The position numbers and the translations under genes are program-made. Under the pieces are notes generated by a model. The model was not told the DNA's origin. It ran no database searches and worked only from the letters and a program-made list of their open reading frames with translations. Positions 1 to 14,643 of a DNA stretch of 64,000 nt are shown piece by piece. Origin of the DNA: Eledone cirrhosa (taxonomy: Eukaryota); NCBI GenBank assembly GCA_964016885.1, contig CAXHJY010000860.1:496001-560000 (forward strand). The letters are read 5' to 3'. How positions within the stretch are numbered: position 1 is the first letter of the stretch; each line of letters starts with the position of its first letter.

Positions 1-39
1 CTACTACTACTACTACTACCCCAACATTTGTGAATTGCG

Positions 40-1062
40 ATACAGGTACGCCAGATGTGTACTTAATGAAATGCAGGTGTGTTAGGTGTAGCTATGTTGC
101 GATGATGATGATAGAGGTGTAGCTCTGTTGTTAATTAGATACAGGTGTATCTATGTTAATGAGACACAGGTAAGAATATGTAATTAATGATATACATACG
201 TGGACGTGTGGTTAATTAGGCACAGGTGAGGCTGTGTTAATGAGACAGGTATGGTTGTGTAGTAGAGGTATGACTGTGTGATTAATGAAATACAGGTGGT
301 TAATTAGGCACAGGTGTGGCTGTGTTAACGAGACAGGTATGTTTGTGTAGTAGAGGTATGACTGTGTGATTAATGAAATACAGGTGGTTAATGATGTCCA
401 GGTGTGGCTGTGTTAATGAGACAGGTATGGTTGTGTAGTAGAAGTATGACTGTGTGATTAATGAAATGCAGGTGGTTAATTAGGCACAGGTGTGGCTGTG
501 TTAATGAGACACATGTATGGTTGTGTAGTAGAGGTATGACTGTGTGATTAATGAAATACAGGTGGTTAATGATGTCCAGGTGTGGCTGTTGTCAAAAAGT
601 GCAGGTGCGACTGTATAATGAATAGGATACAAGTGTGCCTGTGTGTTAACGAGATACAGGTATGGTTGTGTTGTAAAAAAAGTACAGGTGTGATAGGTGT
701 AGTTAATGACATACAGGTGTAATGAAGTCCAGGTGTGACTGTGTGGGTAATGAGGTACAGGTGTGGCTTTATTGCAAAGAAGGTGCAGGTGTGACAGGTT
801 TAGTTCATGAGATACAGGTATGACTCTAGTTGCTGAGATACAGGTACGACTCTGTGGTTAATGAGGGCCAGGTGTGGCTATAGTGTAAAAAGAAGTGCAG
901 GTGTGACTATAGTGTAAAAAAAGTGCAGGTGTGACAGGCTTAGATAATGAGATATAGGGGTAACAGTGTATGACTATAGTATAAAAAGGTTCAGTTGTAT
1001 TTGTATTAATGACATACAGGTGTGGCGGTAGAATTAAGAAAGTACAGATATGAGTGAGTGTT
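40..1062. repeat. degenerate CAGGT/TTAATGA-rich tandem repeat, ancestral part of adjacent minisatellite
   Basis: recurrent ttaatga..tacaggtgtg sub-units of ~25-30 bp with higher-order blocks. Confidence 0.8.
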
Positions 1063-3340
1063 TAATTAGGTCCAGGTGTGTCGTTGTTAATGAAATACAG
1101 GTATGACTATTGCAAAGAAAGTAGAGGCATGACAGGTGTGCTTAATGAGGTCAGGTGTGTTGATGTTAATGAAATACAGGTATGACTATTGCAAATAAAG
1201 TAGAGGTGTGACAGGTCTACTTAATGAGGTCCAGGTGTGTTGATGTTAATGAAATACAGGTATGGCTATTGCAAAGAAAGTAGAGGTGTGACAGGTGTGC
1301 TTAATGAGGTCCAGGTGTGTTGATGTTAATGAAATACAGGTATGACTATTTCAAAGAAAGTAGAGATGTGACAGGTCTACTTAATGAGGTCCAGGTGTGT
1401 TGGTGTTAATGAAATACAGGTATGACTATTTCAAAGAAAGTAGAGATGTGACAGGTCTACTTAATGAGGTCCAGGTGTGTTGATGTTAATGAAATACAGG
1501 TATGGCTATTGCAAAGAAAGTAGAGGTGTGAGAGGTGTGCTTAATGAGGTCCAGGTGTGTTGATGTTAATGAAATACAGGTATGACTATTGCAAAGAAAG
1601 TAGAGATGTGACAGGTGTGCTTAATGAGGTCCAGGTGTGTTGATGTTAATGAAATACAGGTATGACTATTGCAAAGAAAGTGGAGATGTGACAGGTGTAC
1701 TTAATGAGGTCAGGTGTGTTGATGTTAATGAAATACAGGTATGTCTGTATTGCAAAGAAAGTAGAGGTGTGACAGGTGTACTTAATGAGGTCCAGGTGTG
1801 TTAATGTTAATGAAATACAGGTATGTCTGTATTGCAAAGAAAGTAGAGGTGTGACAGGTGTACTTAATGAGGTCAGGTGTGTTGATGTTAATGAAATACA
1901 GGTATGACTGTATTGCAAAGAAAGTAGAGATGTGACAGGTGTACTTAATGAGGTCCAGGTGTGTTGATGTTAATGAAATACAGGTATGTCTATTGCAAAG
2001 AAAGTAGAGATGTGACAGGTGTACTTAATGAGGTCCAGGTGTGTTGATGTTAATGAAATACAGGTATGTCTGTATTGCAAAGAAAGTAGAGATGTGACAG
2101 GTGTGCTTAATGAGGTCCAGGTGTGTTGATGTTAATGAAATACAGGTATGGCTATTGCAAAGAAAGTAGAGATGTGACAGGTCTACTTAATGAGGGCCAG
2201 GTGTGTTGATGTTAATGAAATACAGGTATTTCTGTATTGCAAAGAAAGTAGAGATGTGACAGGTGTGCTTAATGAGGTCCAGGTGTGTTGATGTTAATGA
2301 AATACAGGTATGGCTATTGCAAAGAAAGTAGAGATGCGACAGGTCTACTTAATGAGGTCCAGGTGTGTTGATGTTAATGAAATACAGGTATGTCTGTATT
2401 GCAAAGAAAGTAGAGATGTGACAGGTGTGCTTAATGAGGTCCAGGTGTGTTGATGTTAATGAAATACAGGTATGACTATTGCAAAGAAAGTAGAGATGTG
2501 ACAGGTCTACTTAATGAGGTCCAGGTGTGTTGATGTTAATGAAATACAGGTATGTCTGTATTGCAAAGAAAGTAGAGGTGTGACAGGTCTACTTAATGAG
2601 GTCCAGGTGTGTTGATGTTAATGAAATACAGGTATGACTATTGCAAAGAAAGTAAAGATGTGACAGGTGTGCTTAATGAGGTCCAGGTGTGTTGATGTTA
2701 ATGAAATACAGGTATGTCTGTATTGCAAAGAAAGTAGAGGTGTGACAGGTCTACTTAATGAGGTCCAGGTGTGTTGATGTTAATGAAATACAGGTATGAC
2801 TATTGCAAAGAAAGTAGAGATGTGACAGGTCTACTTAATGAGGTCCAGGTGTGTTGATGTTAATGAAATACAGGTATGACTATTGCAAAGAAAGTAGAGA
2901 TGTGACAGGTGTGCTTAATGAGGTCCAGGTGTGTTGATGTTAATGAAATACAGGTATGTCTGTATTGCAAAGAACGTAGAGGTGTGACAGGTGTACTTAA
3001 TGAGGTCCAGGTGTGTTGATGTTAATGAAATACAGGTATGACTGTATTGCAAAGAAAGTAGAGATGTGACAGGTGTACTTAATGAGGTCCAGGTGTGTTG
3101 ATGTTAATGAAATACAGGTATGTCTGTATTGCAAAGAAAGTAGAGGTGTGACAGGTGTACTTAATGAGGTCCAGGTGTGTTGATGTTAATGAAATACAGG
3201 TATGACTGTATTGCAAAGAAAGTAGAGGTGTGACAGGTCTACTTAATGAGGTCCAGGTGTGTTGATGTTAATGAAATACAGGTATGACTATTGCAAAGAA
3301 AGTAGAGATGTGACAGGTGTGCTTAATGAGGTCCAGGTGT
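1063..3340. repeat. 80-82 bp minisatellite, ~28 copies
   Basis: ttaatgaggtccaggtgtgttgatgttaatgaaatacaggtatgactattgcaaagaaagtagagatgtgacaggtgtgc recurs at 1221, 1301, 1381, 1461, 1541, 1621... Confidence 0.97.
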
Positions 3341-3590
3341 GAATATGTGGTTACAAAGATACAGGTATGGTTCTGGGTTGTGTGTTTCATGAAGTACAGA
3401 CTTAGGTTCCGTACTTAAGGGGTTCTTTTAAGAACCTCATGATTTAGGGTCCAGTCCCATTGTGTTATTTGCAACTTCGGGTTGACCAATTATTTGAGAG
3501 GGGAATTTTGTAATTTGGTAGACGGGTACTGTACAGAAGTCCACAGTAGAAGTTGATAGAATGTAACTATATGTGATAGAATGTAGCTAT

Positions 3591-3736
3591 GTGAAGGCAC
3601 ATGGTTTAGTGGTTAGAGCATTGGGCTTGCAATCCAAAGGTTGTGAGTTCAATTCTCAGACCGGGTGATGTGTTGTTTCCTTGAGCAAGACACTTTATTT
3701 CACATTGCTCCAGTTTACTCAGCTGTAGAAATGAGA
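3591..3736 (+). mobile_element. tRNA-derived CORE-type SINE (octopus OR-like), 5' part
   Basis: A box tggtttagtggttagagc, B box gagttcaattc, core ccttgagcaagacactttatttcac; matches minus copy at 9490-9758. Confidence 0.85.
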
Positions 3737-3914
3737 TGATAGGGACTGGGGTCCATATCATTAAATTACCCAAGACACCTCCAACGAGATATATCTTGGA
3801 GGAGCCCAGCTAAACATGCATAGGTGGGAGCTGCACCCCCCCCCCCCACACACACACATACACAACTATATAAATCCAAAGTGGGAATATAGTAGACATA
3901 CAAAATGTTTGTTT

Positions 3915-5030
3915 ACCACCACTATCGCCATTAGCAAAAGCAAAATCACTACCACCACCACATCGACCACCACCACCACCCCCATTATGAAAAACACCAT
4001 CACAACCACCCATCACTATCACCGACACTACCACCACGACCACGACCACCACCACCGCCACTATCAAAAACACCATCACAACCCCCATCACTACCACCAT
4101 CACTACCACCGACACTACTACCACCACCACCACCAGCACCACCAACACCACCATCGCCACCAGCAACAGCCAAATCACCCCAGGACCAACAATGCCACGA
4201 CCATGACCACCACCACCACCACCACCACGGTGAATTTCAACACCAACAGCAACAAAATCACCACCATCATCATCATCAACAACACCAACGAAATTACAAA
4301 CAATAACAACAACAACAACAACAACCACACCACCATCATCATCACCACCACCAATACCAACTTCAACATCATCGCCAATATCAGCACCAAACGAGACCAT
4401 CACCACCGCCACCACCATGAATACCACCACAAACATCACCGACACCGACACCACCACCACCACCGCCATCATAAATACCACCATCATCATCATCATCATC
4501 ATCACCAACATCACCACCACCATAAACATCACCATCATCACCATCACCACCACCATAAACATCACCATCATCACCACCATAAACATCACCATCATCACCA
4601 TCAACATCACCACCACCACCACCATCATCACCACCACCACCATCACCACCATCATCACCATCACCACCACCACCACCATCACCACCATCATCACCATCAC
4701 CACCACCACCACCACCACCACCATCATCACCACCACCACCATCACCACCATCACCACCACCACCACCACCATCACCACCACCACCACCACCACCATCACC
4801 ACCACCACCACCATCATCACCATCACCACCACCACCATAAACATCACCATCATCACCATCAACACCACCACCACCACCACCACCACCACCACCACCACCA
4901 CCACCACCACCACCACCACCACCACCACCACCACCACCACCACCACCATCACCACCATCACCACCATCATCACCATCACCACCACCATCACCACCACCAC
5001 CATCACCACCACCATCACCACCATCATCAT
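3915..5030. repeat. (CAC/CAT)n trinucleotide microsatellite
   Basis: direct; source of the poly-His/Thr/Val pseudo-ORFs. Confidence 0.97.
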
Positions 5031-5109
5031 AACATTTACCTGGACAATGTCCAGACTACACAACAGCGAATATTGTATAGACATAAGCAACCATGCAGTG
5101 TGTTTATGC

Positions 5110-7645
<2,536 letters not shown>

Positions 7646-7796
7646 TAAAGCAGATAACAGATGAAGCATATAAACCCCTCACTCGTCCGTGAAACCCACA
7701 AACCCCACCCCAACCCACTCGCCCCTGTCCAGCCCCCTTTAGTATTTGTACCTCTCCTATCCACGGCTGTAGTTCGAACTCAGAACAAGCATATTA

Positions 7797-7817
7797 AAAC
7801 TTCCAAAATGGCCGACG
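7797..7817 (+). promoter_or_regulatory. YY1-like motif in CpG-containing unique island
   Basis: cttccAAAATGGCCGacg. Confidence 0.25.
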
Positions 7818-7934
7818 TTGCTGTTTAGTCTTACATTTAACATGGATGCTTCGCTGGGCCGTTTGGGCGTTTGTGTTTTGTTTGTTTACTGGTTTTTATA
7901 TTACTACATTTATCATCTCTCGTCATGATCAGCT

Positions 7935-7936
<2 letters not shown>

Positions 7937-7968
<32 letters not shown>

Positions 7969-8490
7969 TCTGTGTGACTCTCTCTCGCTCTCCGTTTCTT
8001 TCTTTCACACACACACACTCTCTCTCTCTGTCTGACCGTCACTCTCTCTCTCTCTCTCTCTCGCTCTCTGTTTCTTTCTTTCGCACTCTCTCTCTCTGTA
8101 TTTCTTTCTTTCACACACACACACACTCTCTCTCTCTGTCTGACCGTCAGTCTCTCTCTCTCTCTCAATTTCTGTCTCTCTCTCTGTGTTTCTTTCTTTC
8201 ACACACTCACTCTCTCTCTCTCTCTCTGTCTGACCGTCAGTCTCTCTCTCTCTCTCAATTTCTGTCTCTCTCTCTGTGTTTCTTTCTTTCACACACACAC
8301 TCTCTCTCTTTCTGTCTGACCGTCAGTCTCTCTCTCTCAATTTCTGTCGCTCTCTCTGTGTTTCTTTCTTTCACACACTCTCTCTCTCTGTCTGACCGTC
8401 AGTCTCTCTCTCAATTTCTGTGTTTCTTTCTTTCACTCTCTCTGTCTGTCTATGTCTCTCTCTCTGCCTTCTCTCTGTACTTTTCTCTCT
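7937..8490. repeat. CT-rich minisatellite with tctgaccgtca anchor
   Basis: ~5 imperfect units. Confidence 0.85.
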
Positions 8491-8509
8491 CCACATTTAC
8501 ACACCCACA

Positions 8510-8564
<55 letters not shown>

Positions 8565-8570
8565 TATATA

Positions 8571-8963
8571 CTAGCCGAATTACCCGCGCCTTGCTGCGTT
8601 TCACACATATTTTTTTCTAAGAAAATGATGATTGATTTTAAATCAGTGATATAATTTATGGAGAAAAACTCCTTTAAGGTATCTTAATATTATTGAAATT
8701 TGCTGACATTTTGTGAATAGGCATCATATGTTGTCATTTACCTTGTCATATAAATCGGAGGGAAACAACTTTCAGCTGGTGTTTGTGACCCCGCGGAACC
8801 CTTTGATTAAAATGAAATATACTTATCCAAATACCCTGGGCAATGTAGTTTCAGAATATATATGATTATGAAGGGGGGAGAGGTCTATCTCCAAGACCAG
8901 AGGAGGAATTCGTGAACAAACAAACAAACAGACAGACAGGAACTACAACTTTATATATATAGA
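8571..8963 (-). mobile_element. non-autonomous Helitron-like element
   Basis: minus strand starts a|TCTATATATATAAAG followed by a (CTGT/TTGT)n microsatellite and ends GCAGCAAGGCGCGGGTAATTCGGCTAG|t; TC...CTAG termini in an AT target. Confidence 0.75.
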
Positions 8964-8974
8964 TATATATCAGA

Positions 8975-9095
8975 ATGGAACAGGTAAAAACCAGGTAGAC
9001 CATTACATACCAGAGAACTCGATACTTAGGGCAGTAGAGTGGGTAATATGAAAAATAGCTGTTGAAACGGCCGGAGCTCAGTCGTCGGGGTCCCG
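8975..9095 (-). mobile_element. family-1 HHR-associated element (inverted tail plus 3' half HHR)
   Basis: reverse complement of the 32400-32485 tail; gaaacggccggagctcagtcgtcgggg. Confidence 0.65.
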
Positions 9096-9119
9096 AATTA
9101 TATATATATATATATATAT

Positions 9120-9295
9120 ATAGATGAGATTCTACAGGACTAGAACTGTTTCATTCCTTAGAAATCATCAGATGATTTCTAAGGAATGAAACAGTTCTAG
9201 TCCTGTAGAATCTCATCTATATTAAAACTTTTATACTCTGCAATGTATTGAGTACCTTACTTACTGTGGTTACCTCCGATTCAACCCGGAATAAC

Positions 9296-9297
<2 letters not shown>
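9120..9297 (+). mobile_element. family-2 HHR element with perfect 50-bp-arm palindrome
   Basis: arms 9120-9169 and 9171-9220; tail with attgagtacct ends in (TA)n; near-identical to 58831-58965. Confidence 0.8.
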
Positions 9298-9359
<62 letters not shown>

Positions 9360-9489
9360 TCTTGACCGACCAGTCTGTGGGGCGTCCATTCGGCGCCGCT
9401 GCTCACAGCACGTTCTGTGCTGTTTTGGCCATATAATGACGCCATCCCACTGGCTGGGCGGGCAGGCCGGAAGTCTAAAGTCTGTCTTA

Positions 9490-9758
9490 AGCCAGAAGGC
9501 TCATTTGGCCGGTGCTTATCCTGGTTTCATGGCGTCAAGCGACCGAGAGTGCAAGACTCCCCCCTGGACAGGACGCCAGTCCACCGCAGGGTTAAACCTC
9601 CAGCTGTTGCTGGTACTCATTTTCAGCTGAGTAAACTGGAGCAACGTGAAATAAAGTGTCTTGATCAAGGAAACAACACATCACCCGGTCCTAGAATTGA
9701 ACTCGCAACCTTTCGATTGCAAGCCTACTGCTCTAACCACTGAGCCATGTGCCTTCAC
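9490..9758 (-). mobile_element. tRNA-derived CORE-type SINE, near full length
   Basis: minus strand gtgaaggcacatggctcagtggttagagc...gcgagttcaattc...core...ccctgcggtggactggcgtcctgtccagggg tail. Confidence 0.85.
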
Positions 9759-9877
9759 CATTTACCGCTCACCAAAGGATGAAAGGCAAAGTTAACTTCG
9801 GTGGGATTGAACTCGGAATGTATATGTTTCTGTATATGTGACTGGGTGTTTATATTTGTGTGTGTATGTGTTTATAT

Positions 9878-9932
<55 letters not shown>

Positions 9933-10022
9933 CAATATATGGACTATCCAGGAAGCTCCAACCGTTAAGGCTGTCTTTTTTCCGGGTATGTCAATATTTA
10001 TTTATGAAACAAATCTGTATTG

Positions 10023-10088
10023 TATTTTATCTGATGAAAGAACACCAAAATTTGCCTAGGTTGCCCTTGAAATATGTATAATAAAATA
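10023..10088 (+). ncRNA. type I hammerhead ribozyme (family 3)
   Basis: stem I tattttat/ataaaata, CTGATGA 10031-37, GAAA 10069-72, stem III ATATGTAT, AUA cleavage triplet. Confidence 0.75.
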
Positions 10089-10553
10089 AATATGGTTTTA
10101 TAAATATAGTTTCCATTTATTAATATAGTGTGTATTTATTCCACTAAACTGTTGAGTGCTTTATATCAGTTATAAAAATGTTTAAGCTTGTTGAGTCCCA
10201 ACAAGTTAAATATTACCTCTGCATATATATATATTTAAGAGTTAAACAAGATTCAATGAATACATCAAAGAATGAGTTATACAATAGATTGGAAGCACTC
10301 TACAGTTAAAAAGGTTTTCCAGTGTAGTAGTTTAAAAAAAATGTTTAAAACATTTTTCAAAAATTCAAAAATTTTATAACTGTTATATTGATGCCATGTA
10401 TTTCTTTTATTACTCGCACCCTCTCTATTGTTTGTATTACGTTATCTCATGTTCTCGATATTAGGGTATACATATTGAGTTTTGTCATAAGTTAATCACT
10501 ACCTTGATTAAATCTTAACCATCTACCATGTCAGGGTATGTCATGTATCATTT

Positions 10554-10620
10554 TATTTTATCTGATGAGGACGTACTGTTGAACTTAATTCAGTACCTCT
10601 GAAATATGTATAATAAAATA
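10554..10620 (+). ncRNA. type I hammerhead ribozyme (family 4)
   Basis: stem I tattttat/ataaaata, CTGATGA 10562-68, stem II gga-gtactg/cagtac-tct, GAAA 10601-04, AUA. Confidence 0.8.
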
Positions 10621-10744
10621 TAATTGATCACAAGAATATCTATTTTGTTAATATTTTGAATTAAAATTATATATATATATATATTATATATATAAACACA
10701 TACACACACAAATATAAATACCCAGTTACATACACAGAAATATA

Positions 10745-11183
10745 TACATTCTAAGTTCAAATCCGAGGTTAACTTTGCCTTTCATCCTTAGATGAGCTGT
10801 AAATAAAGTACCAGTGATGTACTTGGATCGAATTAATCGACTTTCCCTTTCCCCAAAATTACTTGCCTTGTGCTTTGGCAGTACCAGTAGAGGGTCGGAC
10901 GCCATGCTTTCCAGCATAGTTACGTCCCTTTACGGTCTGAGTTCAAATCCCGCCGAGGTTGACTTTGCCTTTCATCCTTACGGGGTCGATAAAATAAAGT
11001 ATCAGTAATGCACTGGGTAATTGCTGGCCTTGTGCCTAAAGTAGAAACAATTATTTGCCTTTCATAGGGCGGTGGGTTGTCAGTATCGGTGGAGAGTCGG
11101 ACACCATGCTTTCCAGCATAGTTACGTCCCTTTACAATCTGAGTTCAAATCCCGCCGAGGTTTACTTTGTCTTTCATCCTTAC
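10745..11183 (+). mobile_element. tandem Nin/Deu-domain SINE copies (octopus OK-like)
   Basis: gagttcaaatcccgccgaggttgactttgcctttcatccttacggggtcgataaaataaagtaccagt. Confidence 0.85.
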
Positions 11184-11563
11184 GGGGTCGATAAAATAAA
11201 GTACCAGTAATACACTGGGTATTTGCTGGCCTTGTACCTAACGTAGAAACAATTATTATGGGGTCGATAAAATAAAGTACCAGTAATGCACTGGGTATTT
11301 GCTGGCCTTGTACCTAACGTAGAAACAATTATTATGGGGTCGATAAAATAAAGTACCAGTAATACACTGGGTATTTGCTGGCCTTGTACCTAACGTAGAA
11401 ACAATTATTATGGGGTCGATAAAATAAAGTACCAGTAATACACTGGGTATTTGCTGGCCTTGTACCTAACGTAGAAACAATTATTATGGGGTCGATAAAA
11501 TAAAGTACCAGTAATGCACTGGGTATTTGCTGGCCTTGTGCCTAAAGTAGAAACAATTATTAT
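11184..11563. repeat. 76-bp minisatellite x5 derived from SINE 3' region
   Basis: ggggtcgataaaataaagtaccag unit at 11260, 11336, 11412... Confidence 0.9.
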
Positions 11564-11651
11564 TATTTAAACTTCATTTTATACTTAACATTCCCGAATT
11601 AGCCGCCGTCGTCTTCTCTAAATATCCCCACCACCCCGCATACTCAGGGAA

Positions 11652-11652
11652 A

Positions 11653-11699
<47 letters not shown>

Positions 11700-11726
11700 G
11701 ATATATATACACACACACATAGATAC

Positions 11727-11757
<31 letters not shown>

Positions 11758-11917
11758 GATATATATACACACACACATATATACATATATATTTATATGC
11801 ATGCATATATATATATATGTGCATATATACATGTATATATAAACATATATATATATATATTTGTGTGTGTGTGTGTGCGTATCTATGTATATATACATTT
11901 GTGTGTGTGTTGGTATG

Positions 11918-11958
<41 letters not shown>

Positions 11959-11995
11959 GTGTATGTATGTATATATATACATGTGTGTGTGTGTA

Positions 11996-12046
<51 letters not shown>

Positions 12047-12440
12047 GTGTGTGTGTATGTATAATATACATCTGTGAGTGTATATATGTGTATATATATA
12101 TGTATATATATATATGTGTGTATATATATATATATACATGTGTGTGTGTATGTATAATATACATTTGTGAGTATATATATGTGTATATATATATATATAT
12201 GTGTGTGTATATATATATATACATGTGTGTGTATATGTATAATATACATCTGTGAGTGTATATATGTGTATATATATATGTATATATATATATGTGTGTA
12301 CATATATATATATATACATGTGTGTGTATGTATAATATACATTTGTTAGTGTATATATGTGTATATATATATATATATATGTGTGTGTGTATATATATAT
12401 ATACATGTGTGTGTATGTATAATATACATCTGTGAGTGTA

Positions 12441-12479
<39 letters not shown>

Positions 12480-12658
12480 ATATATATATATACATGTGTG
12501 TGTATGTATAATATACATCTGTGAGTGTATATATGTGTGTATATATATATATATATGTGTGTGTGTATATATATATATATACATGTGTGTGTGTATGTAT
12601 AATATACATCTGTGAGTGTATATATGTATATATATATATATATATACATGTGTGTGTG
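11652..12658. repeat. (TA)/(TG) compound repeat with ~90-bp higher-order unit (ataatatacatctgtgag)
   Basis: direct. Confidence 0.9.
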
Positions 12659-12769
12659 AGTATCAAGCATTCTTGCGCATCCCCTCTCTCCCCATCCACC
12701 GTCTAGGGCTAAGTGCTCAAAATCTCCTGAGTCCATAGCTTTAATCACCAGAGACCCACACTTTCACCT

Positions 12770-13478
12770 GAAAACCAACACCACCCTCCACCACACCCTA
12801 TTAACCCCAAACAACCCACCCACCCTCATCTCCCCCAGCACTACCACCCACCCTCAACTCATCTTCCCCACCACCTCCACCCTCCACCACAAAACAGTAC
12901 TCACCCCATCCTCATCTCATCTCCACCACCACCTCCAGCCTCAATTAACCCCACCACACCACCGCCACCCTCCATCAGACACCATTATCCCCCCACCGGT
13001 CGCCCCCCTCATCTCCCCCAGCACTACCACACTCCATCACACACCAGTAACCCCCTCACACCCTATCTCATCTCCTCCACCACCTCAACCCTCCACCACA
13101 CAACAGTACCCACCCCACCCTCATCTCATCTCCACCACCACCTCCAGCCTCAATTAACCCCACCACACCATTACCCCCACCCTCCACCAGACACCATTAC
13201 CCCCACCCGTCTCCACCCTCATCTCCCCCAGCACCACCACACTCCACCACACACCATTACCCCCCCCCCCCGTCGCCACCCTCATCTCCCCCAGCACCAC
13301 CACACTCCATCACACACCAGTACCCCCCCCCCCCCCGCGCACCCTCTCTCATCTCTCCCACCACAACCTCCCTCCATTAACCCCAATCATCCCGCCACCA
13401 CCACACCACCACCAACCACCACACGCCATTACCACCCCTACCCATATCCAACCCTTACCCCAGACGCCCCCCCCCCCG
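12770..13478. repeat. C-rich low-complexity region with internal duplications
   Basis: repeated ccctcatctccccagcac and cagcctcaattaaccccaccacacc. Confidence 0.75.
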
Positions 13479-13654
13479 GTGACGTCCGACGAAAGTCTTT
13501 TCGGATTTATTTCTAAGTCCAAACTTTCAAAGGATGAGAGAAAAGACCAACGTCAGAAGAGACAACAGAAACAGCCCCCGGGGGTGACATAGGGGGGGTC
13601 GGGGTGGAAGACAAACATCGTCAAACTTAAAGAACATATGACCTATTTGTATGT

Positions 13655-13658
13655 GTAT

Positions 13659-13707
<49 letters not shown>

Positions 13708-14545
13708 AATACACACACACATATATATCTATATATACATACATATATACACATATATATATATACACACACACATATATATATATACACACAGACACAT
13801 ATATACACACATATACATACACACATATATATATACATACATATATATATATACATACACACATATATATATATACATACATATTTATACATACAGATAT
13901 ATATATACACACACACATATATATATATATACATAAATACACACACACATATATCTATAAATACATATATATACACACACACACACACATATATATACAG
14001 ATATATATATACACACATACACACATATATATACAGATATATATATACACACATATATATACAGATATATATACACACACACACACACATATATATATAC
14101 AGATATATATATACACACACACACACATATATATACAGATATATATATACACACACACACACATATATACAGATATATATATATATACACACACACACAT
14201 ATATACAGATATATATATATACACACACACACATATATATACAGATATATATATACACACACACACACATATATACAGATATATACACACACACACATAT
14301 ATATACAGCTATATATACACACATACACACACATATATATACAGATATATATATACACACACACATATATATACAGATATATATATACACACACACATAT
14401 ATACAGATATATATATACACACACACACACACACATATATACAGATATATATATACACACACACACACATATATATATATATACATACACACACACATAT
14501 ATATATATATATACACATACATATACACATACACACATATATATA
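13655..14545. repeat. (TA)(CA)/cagatata compound microsatellite
   Basis: direct. Confidence 0.95.
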
Positions 14546-14549
14546 TTCA

Positions 14550-14620
14550 CAGCATGTCCCAAAAATGTATACACATTTATTAGAATGTTGAAGTGTGTAT
14601 ACATTTTTAGGACACACTAT
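14550..14620. mobile_element. Tc1/mariner-type MITE remnant
   Basis: imperfect palindrome tgtcccaaaaatgtatacac..gtgtatacatttttaggaca; homologous to 60618-60718. Confidence 0.55.
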
Positions 14621-14643
14621 ATATAACGTGTAGCAACAAGGGC

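Noticed and set aside
3591-3665. tRNA gene (also 9690-9758 and 58057-58118)
   Set aside because: A/B boxes continue into SINE core or degenerate sequence; no complete cloverleaf
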